DNA of 56,444 nt from an uncultured Pseudomonadota bacterium (GTDB taxonomy: Bacteria > Pseudomonadota > Alphaproteobacteria > RF32 > CAG-239), in contig CASDRW010000120.1 of the NCBI GenBank assembly GCA_949283275.1, forward strand, positions 1 through 56,444. The letters are read 5' to 3'. The number at the start of each line of letters is the position of its first letter. The first letter of the stretch is position 1. The position numbers and the translations under genes were made by a program. Positions 41,205-50,038 of this stretch are shown in pieces. The notes below the pieces were generated by a model. The model was not told the DNA's origin. It ran no database searches and saw nothing but the letters and a program-made list of their open reading frames with translations.

Positions 41205-41285
41205 GAAATAAGAGTTTTTGTTGCGCATTAAATAATCTTATGCCATAATTTGACCTATCATAAACCCCCAACCCGCGGATAAATC

Positions 41286-42776
41286 ATGTTATCGCTCAAG
41301 CACATAGCCGTAAGTTCCTTTAATGAAAACATAGCCTATTTGCATAAAGATTGCAGTACCTATAAAATAGATGAAATTAAAAACATTACCAAGGTAGAGA
41401 TTCATGGCGGAGCGACACCGGTATATGCTTTTTTGGAGATAGTTGATGATTCATCTTTAATATCTCCGGATGAGATAGGCTTGAATAATGAAGCTTTTGG
41501 CAAGCTCAATTTGCCGCAAGGTGCCAATGTAACGCTAAGTTTAGCGGGGCGTCCTCCATCAGCCGGCATCCTGCAGCGCAAAATTGAAGGCAATATTTTA
41601 TCATCATCGGAGTATTCGTCAGTTATCAAAGACATAGTTTCCGGACGTTATTCCAATATGGACATAGCCTCGTTTTTGGTGGCGTCTGGTTCATTTATGA
41701 CCTCAACGGAGGTTTTGTCATTAACCGAGGCCTTAATAGGCGATGAGGTTATAAAATGGGACAATGAGAATATAGTTGTTGACCACCATTGTCTAGGCGG
41801 CGTCCCCGGCAACAAGACAGATATAATAATAACGGCGATTGTTGCGGCCTATGGATTGCCCATGCCCAAAACGGCAGCCCGTTCGCTAACCTCATGTGCC
41901 GGTGTGGCGGATACTTTTGCGGTTTTGGCCAATGTTGAGGCCGATGAAAGCAAGCTAAAAAAGCTGATCAAAGAAACCAGAGGAGCAATTATAGACTATA
42001 ACAGTTTGCCGATAGCCTATGCCAGCAAAATAGTTTCATCGGTTGAGCGATCTTTGGGCGTTACTCAGCAACAGCATATTATATCTTCTATTTTAGCTAT
42101 AAAACTTGCTGCCGGAGTAACCCACTTGGTTTTGGATATTCCGGTAGGTCCCTCGTCACGTATAAAATCAACCAATGAGGCGATGCGCTTGCGCAAATTG
42201 GTAGAATATGTCGGCGATATGCTTTCAATAGAGATAGACGCGGTAATAACCGATGGCAGCGAACCTGTAGGCAACGGTGTCGGAGCAGTTTTGGAAGCGC
42301 GAGATGTGATGAGAATTTTGCGCAATAAGGAAGAAGCGCCGCAAGACTTGTTGGAAAAATCATTATTTTTGGCCGGCCGCATTTTAGAGTTTGATCCCAA
42401 ATTACGCGGCGGTCAGGGTTATCATGTCGCCAAAGAGATTTTAACTTCCGGTAGGGCTTTAGAGGCAATGAATCGCATAATTTATGCTCAAGGCAAATCC
42501 CCACAGGCGCAGCTTGGTCATTTAACCAGAGATATTGTATCCTCGCGCGCCGGTGTGGTTGAGAGTATAAACAATCGCCAAATTAACAAAATCGGTGTTT
42601 TAGCCGGAGCATCGCAATATCCTGGAGCCGGGCTTGATTTATTAAAAAAGGTTGGAGACACGGTCGAGGCCGGAGAAGCGCTATACCGCATTCATTCGGT
42701 GAACGCCAGTGACTTTGCCTTTGCCAACTCGTTTGCCGACGGCGATTCCGGCTATGAAATAAATTCCAAAAGATAG
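41286..42776 (+). CDS. thymidine phosphorylase family protein (AMP-phosphorylase-like, with N-terminal extension)
   Basis: 496 aa with an about 85-aa N-terminal extension. Motifs are VDHHCLGGVPGNKTD and PKTAARSLTSCAGVADT, and the C-terminal alpha/beta domain ends ...GEALYRIHS. Confidence 0.82.
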   Translation: MLSLKHIAVSSFNENIAYLHKDCSTYKIDEIKNITKVEIHGGATPVYAFLEIVDDSSLISPDEIGLNNEAFGKLNLPQGANVTLSLAGRPPSAGILQRKIEGNILSSSEYSSVIKDIVSGRYSNMDIASFLVASGSFMTSTEVLSLTEALIGDEVIKWDNENIVVDHHCLGGVPGNKTDIIITAIVAAYGLPMPKTAARSLTSCAGVADTFAVLANVEADESKLKKLIKETRGAIIDYNSLPIAYASKIVSSVERSLGVTQQQHIISSILAIKLAAGVTHLVLDIPVGPSSRIKSTNEAMRLRKLVEYVGDMLSIEIDAVITDGSEPVGNGVGAVLEARDVMRILRNKEEAPQDLLEKSLFLAGRILEFDPKLRGGQGYHVAKEILTSGRALEAMNRIIYAQGKSPQAQLGHLTRDIVSSRAGVVESINNRQINKIGVLAGASQYPGAGLDLLKKVGDTVEAGEALYRIHSVNASDFAFANSFADGDSGYEINSKR

Positions 42777-42821
42777 TTTTATATAAATATTTTATACAAT
42801 TTTACAAAAAAATTGTTGAAG

Positions 42822-42855
42822 CCCTTGCACGGCTCAAATCTGATTCCTATATAAG
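42822..42855 (+). promoter_or_regulatory. RpoH (sigma32)-type heat-shock promoter of dnaK
   Basis: CCCTTGCA (42822-42829), then CCTATATAAG (42846-42855). With the spacer counted from the end of CTTG this reads CTTG-N18-CCTATATAAG. It fits the alphaproteobacterial pattern CTTG-N17-18-CYTATNTNNG (quoted from memory) and lies about 50 nt upstream of the ATG. Confidence 0.5.
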
Positions 42856-42901
42856 CAAATAGACAGATAAAATCGAACTTACAAGAAAGAAGGAAAAGAT
42901 T

Positions 42902-44815
42902 ATGAGCAATAAGGTAATAGGTATAGATTTGGGAACTACAAACTCTTGTTTTGCGGTTATGGAAGGCGGCGAGGCCAAAGTTTTAGAAAACTCCGAGGGT
43001 GCACGCACCACCCCATCAATGGTAGCATTCACCGATACCGAGCGCTTGGTTGGTTTTCCGGCCAAACGTCAGGCCGTAACCAATCCGGAAAACACATTGT
43101 TTGCTATTAAAAGGTTGATTGGTCGTCGTTATGATTCACCCGAGGTTGCCAAAGACAAAGCGCTTGTTCCGTTCAAGATTATCGAGGGAGACAATGGCGA
43201 TGCTTGGGTTGAAGTCAAGGGGCAAAAATATGCTCCGTCGCAAATTTCGGCCATTGTGTTGCAAAAGATAAAAGAATATGCCGAAAGTTATCTTGGCGAA
43301 AAGATAGAAAAAGCAGTTATTACGGTACCGGCATATTTTAATGATTCGCAACGTCAGGCCACTAAAGATGCCGGCAAGATTGCAGGTTTGGATGTTTTGC
43401 GTATCATCAACGAGCCTACCGCTGCCGCGCTTGCTTACGGTTTGGATAAAAAGACCAATGGCACCATTGCGGTTTATGACCTTGGCGGTGGTACGTTTGA
43501 TATCTCGATTTTGGAAATTGGCGACGGCGTATTTGAAGTAAAATCGACCAACGGTGATACTTTCTTGGGTGGTGAAGACTTTGACCAACGTTTGGTAAAC
43601 TATCTTGCCGAAGAGTTTAAGAAAGAATCCGGCATTGATTTGAAGAACGATCGTTTAGCTTTGCAGCGTTTGAAAGAAGCCGCCGAGAAAGCCAAGATTG
43701 AGTTGTCCTCGACCACCCAAACCGAGGTCAACTTGCCGTTTATTACCGCCGATGCAACCGGCCCGAAACACTTAAATATCAAGTTGACCAGAGCCAAATT
43801 AGAATCTTTGGTAGAGGATTTGATAGACAAGACAATTGAGCCTTGCAAAAAAGCCATGGCCGACGCCGGCGTTTCTCCGTCTGACATCAGCGAGGTTATT
43901 TTGGTTGGCGGTATGACCCGTATGCCCAAGGTTCAAGAAAAAGTAAAAGAGATTTTCGGCAAAGAGCCGCACAAAGGTGTAAACCCTGACGAGGTTGTTG
44001 CCGTCGGTGCCGCAATTCAAGGCGGTGTTTTGATGGGCGATGTCAAAGACGTGTTGTTGTTGGATGTAACGCCTCTGTCTTTGGGTATTGAGACCTTGGG
44101 TGGTGTGTTCACTCGTTTGATTGACCGCAACACCACCATTCCGACCCGCAAGTCGCAGGTATTTTCAACCGCCGAGGATGGACAAACGGCAGTTACTATC
44201 AGGGTATTCCAAGGCGAGCGTGAAATGGCTGCCGACAACAAATTGCTTGGCCAGTTTGATTTGGTAGGAATTCCGCCTGCACCGCGTGGTATGCCGCAAA
44301 TAGAGGTAACTTTTGATATTGATGCCAACGGCATTGTAAACGTATCGGCCAAAGATAAAGCCACCAACAAAGAACAAGCTATCAGAATTCAAGCCAGCGG
44401 CGGCCTGTCCGATGCCGATATCGAAAAGATGGTCAAAGATGCCGAAGCCAATGCCGAGGCCGACAAGAAGAAAAAAGAGGTTGTCGAGGCCAAAAACCAA
44501 GCCGAGGCTTTGGTTCACACCACGGAAAAGACCTTGAAAGAAAACGGCGACAAGATTTCTGCCGCCGAAAAAGAGGCTATAGAAAAAGAGCTTAACGCCT
44601 TAAAGACGGCGTTGGAGGCCGATGATTTGTCAGTTATCAAAGAAAAGACCGAAAGCTTAATGCAGGCTTCTCTCAAACTTGGCGAGGCGATGTACAAAGC
44701 TCAGGCAGAAAGCGCCCAAGCTCAAGGAACCACCCAAGGTGCTGACGGCGGTTCATCTTCGGAACAGCCCAAAGATGAAAAGGTAGTCGACGCCGACTTT
44801 GAAGAGGTCAAATAA
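42902..44815 (+). CDS. dnaK: molecular chaperone DnaK (Hsp70)
   Basis: 637 aa ([31 protein letters not shown]-terminal DADFEEVK). Confidence 0.98.
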   Translation: MSNKVIGIDLGTTNSCFAVMEGGEAKVLENSEGARTTPSMVAFTDTERLVGFPAKRQAVTNPENTLFAIKRLIGRRYDSPEVAKDKALVPFKIIEGDNGDAWVEVKGQKYAPSQISAIVLQKIKEYAESYLGEKIEKAVITVPAYFNDSQRQATKDAGKIAGLDVLRIINEPTAAALAYGLDKKTNGTIAVYDLGGGTFDISILEIGDGVFEVKSTNGDTFLGGEDFDQRLVNYLAEEFKKESGIDLKNDRLALQRLKEAAEKAKIELSSTTQTEVNLPFITADATGPKHLNIKLTRAKLESLVEDLIDKTIEPCKKAMADAGVSPSDISEVILVGGMTRMPKVQEKVKEIFGKEPHKGVNPDEVVAVGAAIQGGVLMGDVKDVLLLDVTPLSLGIETLGGVFTRLIDRNTTIPTRKSQVFSTAEDGQTAVTIRVFQGEREMAADNKLLGQFDLVGIPPAPRGMPQIEVTFDIDANGIVNVSAKDKATNKEQAIRIQASGGLSDADIEKMVKDAEANAEADKKKKEVVEAKNQAEALVHTTEKTLKENGDKISAAEKEAIEKELNALKTALEADDLSVIKEKTESLMQASLKLGEAMYKAQAESAQAQGTTQGADGGSSSEQPKDEKVVDADFEEVK

Positions 44816-44839
44816 GCATCTAAAAAGCCAAATATAAGA

Positions 44840-44873
44840 AAAGCCTCGCTTCTTTTAAAAAGCGGGGCTTTTG
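44840..44873. terminator. bidirectional intrinsic terminator between dnaK and the convergent J-domain gene
   Basis: Stem AAGCCTCGC / GCGGGGCTT (one G-U pair) with a 12-nt loop. TTTT follows on the + strand, and the flank on the minus strand is T-rich. Confidence 0.6.
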
Positions 44874-44877
44874 TAAA

Positions 44878-47800
44878 TTACCTGGTTTTTTGTTTAGTTG
44901 CCGTTTTTTGCGGACTTGGATTATTATGAGGTCTGGCTGATTTTCCTAAGCTTTTAAGAGTTAATGATGAGCCATCTATGTTATAAACCTTACCTGATGG
45001 CTTTTTATTTTTTCCTGTTTTGGCAGGAGCACGCCCACGATCTTCGGCAGCTTTTAATTTAGCATTTTCGGCATTGTTTTTACCGACGGAGGCAATCATC
45101 ATAAAGGCCAACAAGGTAACATCTTTACTTTCCAGCTTGACATTATCAACAGATAAGTTGGTTTTCCAGATGGTTTCTCTGGTTGTATTAATATGATCAA
45201 TTCCCTTTTTAGTATCGGCAAAACCCTTTGCCTCATCATTAAGAGCAACGTCAAGAGTTATTGATTGTTCAAAAACGTTCCACCTTTCTTCAAGATAGCG
45301 CTCAAAATTCATGTCAGAGCCTTCTTTTTTCCACTCACCGTCCACAAGAGTACGATAGCGCAGCCGTTCAGTTTTATCGGGAGCGATACCATGAACAACT
45401 TTATATTCACGATCCAACAGTTGGTCGATGGAATCAACATGCGCAGGAAGTTGTTTAAGCTCTTTATGAGGGCCAATCTGTTTAGGCTCTTCGTGCTCTG
45501 GAAGTTGTTTAAGCTCTTTATGAGGGCCAATTTGTTTAGGCTCTTTGTGCTCTTCAAGGAACTTATCCTCTTTCTCCGGTTTAGGAGGAGTTGGCGGTAT
45601 AATCGGATCAACTGGCCCAACCGGATCAATCGGCCCTTTTTTGGGTTTTACCATTCTGTCGAGCAAACTCCCCACTCTGTTTTTAAGCTTTTTAACAGGA
45701 TTAATTGTTTTTCCCATTACGCCAAACATACCCAGACCAAGATTTGTTTCATTTCTGACCATTGCGTAGTCATCAACTTTTTCTAAGATATCAACCTCTT
45801 TTAAAGGTATCTTTGGAGTATGGTCATAAGTAGATTCTCTGTCGCCATAAAGCTCACGAATAACTGGTCGGTCTTCTATTCTGGACACGAAGTTATCTTC
45901 ACCCACATGAGGAGCAAGGCTATTATAGGATTTAGCCGCCTCAATATTAACCGAGCCGTCACTATTAAACAGATTTTTCATGGCCTGAACATCTTTAAAA
46001 TCAACATTGTTTTGCTCAGCCCAACTTTGTGTCAAAACGGTATGATTACCGTGGCTGTGAGTTCCGCCCCACAATTCCATATTATCCGGAGCAATCATTC
46101 CGGCATCATGAGAAATCAACAAAGCGTGTCCGGGGTTTTCAACTCCGGCAGCCTGCAAAGCATCAAGTCTTTGTTGTAGCAACTCAGGATTATCTTTGTA
46201 CCAATTATTTTGCAAAAAGCCCTTGGCGTTTTCTTCGATTTTGGCATAATCAACAACAGTATCGGTTCCGACTTTTTCCCAGTGTTCACCGACTTTTTCT
46301 TTGTGTTGGAAAATATTATTATCCTGGTTTTGTTCATTGAAATAATTAATACCCTGATTTGCCGTCCATCTACCGGCAAAACCGGCACCGACGGTAGCAA
46401 CAGTCTGCAATGTAGCCCAACCTGCAGCTTCCCATTTACTCAGACCGGATTTAACAGCATCCTGAGCATTAGATATAATACCGTTTGCCGCCCCCATAGC
46501 CATAGAAGAATAACCAAGTATTTGAGCAACACCAGGGTTTCCGGTTACAGCAAAGCCCAAAGCAGCGGCACCCAAAGCGGTTGTAGCAACGGTCATTACC
46601 ATTCTGCGGTCTTTTAAGAAAGCTTTAAGATTAGCTTTTTGACCGTTTTTCTTACGTTCTTTACGCCAACGTCTTATCTGAAGAGCCGTCATGGTAATAG
46701 CCACAGCAGAGCCTACAGCCAACCCAGCAACTTTATTAAGTCCCAAGGAAGAAGCCGTAATTGAGGCATCGGCAGCAGTTGTAGCGGCGGTTGAGGCTAT
46801 TGTAATAGCACCTGATACGAGGAAAGCCGAGGCAGCACCTTTTGCTGTCCTCTTTAACATCTCGATTCTTACTTTACGTTTATCAACTCCTTTGGTAACA
46901 AAACGATCTTGGGCGCGTTTATCCAAATCTTTTAGATGTTCAAAAACATTTGTTACAATATCATTGTCTTTGCCAACCTTATTTCCCAAACGATGAGCAA
47001 AACCACCCACATTATTAATATTATTGTCTATGCTGGCTTCATAAGCAGAATCCGACACACTAACAGGTTTTCTTATATCGCTTAAAGAAGATATAAAGGT
47101 CTCAAAATATTTTTTGTCGGTAAATTGTTTTGGGTCCTCCAAAATACCTTTTTCTGTTTGGCTTACCACATAAGTAGAGTACAAAACAAAAGGCACCTCA
47201 TCCCTAAGTTTCTCGTCCAAAGCTGATTTTGAAATTTCATCGGCAGATCCCAGCTCATTCATCAAAACATTTTGACGAGCCACTCTGATTATATTTTCGA
47301 GTTTGCTGTTCTCAATGATTTTGCATCCGGCTTCATAGGTAGTACGTTTATTTCCGTCCTTATCAATAAATTGCGGCTCTATATTTCCTTGTTGATCAAG
47401 GAATTGGAAATTACTAACCAGCCTTATTGTCTCATCATCCAAAGATGTCTGAGGCAAAATCTTAGTCAAATCTTCGAAACGTTTATTTAGTTTAGGTTCA
47501 TCATTTTGGGTAACATTGGTTAAATTCCATCCGTCATCATATTGGCTAATCAGCTCATTTAAGACATTACGGTTGGATTGTATCATTGCCAGCTTATTTT
47601 TATCAGCCTCGGTATTGCCGAGAGTTTTTTCTCTGGCCTCAAACATATGCATATATCCGTCATAAGTATCGGCCACGTTTGTAACATCGGCAAAGAAGAG
47701 ATTTTGTTTGCTATAAGCATCTGTAATTAATTGATCTATTTTTTTTTCAAGCCTGGCAATCAACTGTTCCTCAAGCCCATAAGCTTGACTGTCTTTGGGC

Positions 47801-48561
47801 ATGGAGCTCAAAAGACTAAGATGTCTGGCATATTCCTTGGCCAAAATTTCCGGAGGTATAATTTCAAACAATTTCTCATCTTGTAGCATATAAGCAGAGA
47901 TGCGATCTTGGAAATCAGCTAATTCTTTATCATTAAGCTGACGAACATTTTGGATTTTTTCGATTGCGGCATCGGGGCGTTGTATTCCGGCATCATATAT
48001 GTGCTGATTAATAACCCCCATATCCAAAAAGACTTTTAATTTTAAACGATCCATCAAAAACTCGTTTTGATCGGAATTTTGGCTTCTTAAACGGTAACTT
48101 TCGTCTTTGGCTATTTCAGTGGCATGAGTCTTAGTTGTAGCGTTGACTTTAGTCTTAGAGCTGTTTTTTCCGTTTACTTCTTGATTAACTTCTACGGCAT
48201 CAAGCGTTTTTTCTTTAGAGCTTGCTCCTTTGGCGTTTTCCATATATATGTAGTTTTGCAAAGCCACACTATATCCTCTTTTTTCATCTGCGGTAATTTG
48301 CTTGGCATCATATTGCTTGCGTTTTTCTACATCACCCAGAATACTGTAGGCATAAGAAATTTCTTGAAATTTAGCTGTTGTCTCAGGATCATCTTCGGTT
48401 TTATCCGGATGATATTTTCTTGCCAAATCGTAATAATGTTTTTTAATTTCATCATCTGAAGCATCGGAAGAAAGCCCTAAAGAAAGATACAACCAATCAT
48501 TTTGGTGAGCACTAAAAAATTTTTTCTTGTTTTCTTCATCATCATATTCGTTATCAGTCAT
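44878..48561 (-). CDS. giant J-domain membrane protein (N-terminal J domain, hydrophobic hairpins, Pro-rich linker, tandem repeats, basic tail)
   Basis: 1227-aa uninterrupted ORF with AGGAG 7 nt upstream of the ATG. J domain is at residues about 22-88 with HPD at 51-53. Ala/Gly/Thr-rich hydrophobic segments span residues about 575-730. The Pro-rich linker is PIDPVGPVDPIIPPTPPKP, and there are two 18-aa repeats at 1004-1039. Confidence 0.8.
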   Translation of the reverse strand: MTDNEYDDEENKKKFFSAHQNDWLYLSLGLSSDASDDEIKKHYYDLARKYHPDKTEDDPETTAKFQEISYAYSILGDVEKRKQYDAKQITADEKRGYSVALQNYIYMENAKGASSKEKTLDAVEVNQEVNGKNSSKTKVNATTKTHATEIAKDESYRLRSQNSDQNEFLMDRLKLKVFLDMGVINQHIYDAGIQRPDAAIEKIQNVRQLNDKELADFQDRISAYMLQDEKLFEIIPPEILAKEYARHLSLLSSMPKDSQAYGLEEQLIARLEKKIDQLITDAYSKQNLFFADVTNVADTYDGYMHMFEAREKTLGNTEADKNKLAMIQSNRNVLNELISQYDDGWNLTNVTQNDEPKLNKRFEDLTKILPQTSLDDETIRLVSNFQFLDQQGNIEPQFIDKDGNKRTTYEAGCKIIENSKLENIIRVARQNVLMNELGSADEISKSALDEKLRDEVPFVLYSTYVVSQTEKGILEDPKQFTDKKYFETFISSLSDIRKPVSVSDSAYEASIDNNINNVGGFAHRLGNKVGKDNDIVTNVFEHLKDLDKRAQDRFVTKGVDKRKVRIEMLKRTAKGAASAFLVSGAITIASTAATTAADASITASSLGLNKVAGLAVGSAVAITMTALQIRRWRKERKKNGQKANLKAFLKDRRMVMTVATTALGAAALGFAVTGNPGVAQILGYSSMAMGAANGIISNAQDAVKSGLSKWEAAGWATLQTVATVGAGFAGRWTANQGINYFNEQNQDNNIFQHKEKVGEHWEKVGTDTVVDYAKIEENAKGFLQNNWYKDNPELLQQRLDALQAAGVENPGHALLISHDAGMIAPDNMELWGGTHSHGNHTVLTQSWAEQNNVDFKDVQAMKNLFNSDGSVNIEAAKSYNSLAPHVGEDNFVSRIEDRPVIRELYGDRESTYDHTPKIPLKEVDILEKVDDYAMVRNETNLGLGMFGVMGKTINPVKKLKNRVGSLLDRMVKPKKGPIDPVGPVDPIIPPTPPKPEKEDKFLEEHKEPKQIGPHKELKQLPEHEEPKQIGPHKELKQLPAHVDSIDQLLDREYKVVHGIAPDKTERLRYRTLVDGEWKKEGSDMNFERYLEERWNVFEQSITLDVALNDEAKGFADTKKGIDHINTTRETIWKTNLSVDNVKLESKDVTLLAFMMIASVGKNNAENAKLKAAEDRGRAPAKTGKNKKPSGKVYNIDGSSLTLKSLGKSARPHNNPSPQKTATKQKTR
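45446..45553. repeat. 2 x 54-bp in-frame tandem repeat inside the J-domain gene
   Basis: 45446-45499 and 45500-45553 differ at 2 of 54 positions. They encode EHKEPKQIGPHKELKQLP / EHEEPKQIGPHKELKQLP. Confidence 0.9.
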
Positions 48562-48628
48562 TTCTTATCTCCTAAAGAGGCTTTCACAGAGCCTAAAACA
48601 TCAATCATACTTCAAACATACCACATTT

Positions 48629-48655
48629 TTGACACAAAATCAAATTTTTTGTCAA
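48629..48655. promoter_or_regulatory. 27-bp imperfect palindrome carrying back-to-back TTGACA hexamers in the divergent J-gene/dnaJ control region
   Basis: TTGACACAAAAT-CAA-ATTTTTTGTCAA, with 11 of 12 arm positions complementary. Each arm starts with TTGACA reading outward. Confidence 0.3.
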
Positions 48656-48744
48656 ATTTTTAGCAAAAACTTTCAATAACGGCATTATAACCAAAGATGG
48701 TTAATATAATATTTATTTGCTAAACCAAAAAGTTATATAAATTG

Positions 48745-48776
48745 CTTGCAATTTGTCTGTAATATCCCTAAATAAA
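48745..48776 (+). promoter_or_regulatory. possible RpoH-like promoter for the separated dnaJ
   Basis: CTTG (48745-48748)-N18-CCTAAATAAA (48767-48776). It shares the CTTGCA -35 with the dnaK promoter, and the -10 deviates at the T of CYTAT. It lies about 35 nt upstream of the dnaJ ATG. Confidence 0.35.
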
Positions 48777-48810
48777 GAACATAGTAAAAAATAAGGACGA
48801 AAAATAATTC

Positions 48811-49959
48811 ATGACCGAAAAAGACTATTACGAGATATTGGAAGTATCAAAGAATGCCAGTGGCGAAGAGATAAAAAAGTCTTTTCGTCGTCTTGCCATG
48901 CAATATCATCCGGATCGCAATCCCGGTGACAAAGTTGCCGAGGCCAAGTTTAAGGAGATTAACGAGGCCTATGAGGTACTAAAAGACGAGCAAAAGCGCG
49001 CTGCCTATGACCGCTATGGACATCAGGCTTTTGCTGCAGGAGGCATGGGCGGCGGCAATCCGTTTGGCGGGTTTAATTTTGATTTTGGCGGTGCGGCCGG
49101 CGGATTTGCCGACATTTTTTCCGAGGTTTTTTCCGAATTTATGGGCGGAGGCCGCGGCCGCAAACAAAGCTATGCCCAAAGGGGGCAAGATATCCGCTAT
49201 AATTTATCCATAAGTCTTGAAGAGGCATTTAGCGGGATAGAAAAAGAGATAAAATTTCCCTCTACCCAAACTTGCGAAACCTGCCACGGTCACGGCACCA
49301 AAGACGGCAAAGAAGCTCCGGTTTGCCCGCATTGCAACGGCACCGGCAAAATTCGTTTGCAACAAGGTTTTTTTGTGGTTGAGCAGTCCTGTCCGCAATG
49401 CAAAGGGACGGGGCATTTGGTTAAAGAGGCTTGTCCTGATTGCAAGGGCAAAGGGTTTATCAACCAAGAAAAAATCATCAAAGTCAAGATACCGGCAGGC
49501 ATTGAAGATGGCACTCGTATGCGTATTGAGGGCGCCGGCGAGGCAGGCACCAGAGGCGGGGCCAACGGTGATTTGTATGTATTTATAACAGTTAAAGAGC
49601 ACAAGCTCTATGAGCGTGACGGAGCCAATTTATATACTCGCATCCCTATTTCGATGTGTTGTGCGGCCCTAGGCGGGCAGATAGAAATTCCTTCAATAGA
49701 TGGTTCCAAGCTTGATGTCGAGATAAAACCCGGTTCGCAGTCAGATCAAGTGGTCAAGGTCAAAGGTCAAGGCATGACGATGGTTCGATCCGAAAAGCGC
49801 GGAGATTTATTTGTCAAATTGCGGGTTGAAACGCCGGTTAATTTATCGGCGCGTCAAAAAGAGCTTTTGGAGGAATTTCGAAGCATAAGCAAAGAAGATT
49901 CCTGCCAGCCGGAATCCAAGAGCTTTTTTGACAAAATAAAAGATTTATTTGCGGCTTAA
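48811..49959 (+). CDS. dnaJ: molecular chaperone DnaJ (type I)
   Basis: 382 aa with a J domain ([13 protein letters not shown]...YHPDRNPGD), a G/F region, four CxxCxGxG zinc-finger motifs and C-terminal domains. Confidence 0.97.
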   Translation: MTEKDYYEILEVSKNASGEEIKKSFRRLAMQYHPDRNPGDKVAEAKFKEINEAYEVLKDEQKRAAYDRYGHQAFAAGGMGGGNPFGGFNFDFGGAAGGFADIFSEVFSEFMGGGRGRKQSYAQRGQDIRYNLSISLEEAFSGIEKEIKFPSTQTCETCHGHGTKDGKEAPVCPHCNGTGKIRLQQGFFVVEQSCPQCKGTGHLVKEACPDCKGKGFINQEKIIKVKIPAGIEDGTRMRIEGAGEAGTRGGANGDLYVFITVKEHKLYERDGANLYTRIPISMCCAALGGQIEIPSIDGSKLDVEIKPGSQSDQVVKVKGQGMTMVRSEKRGDLFVKLRVETPVNLSARQKELLEEFRSISKEDSCQPESKSFFDKIKDLFAA

Positions 49960-50038
49960 AAACTCAAGAAATTAATTGTTTGTTTAACAAATTTGTGCTA
50001 TTATAAACTAAAGAAGTGAACTTTTAAGGAGAAAGCTC

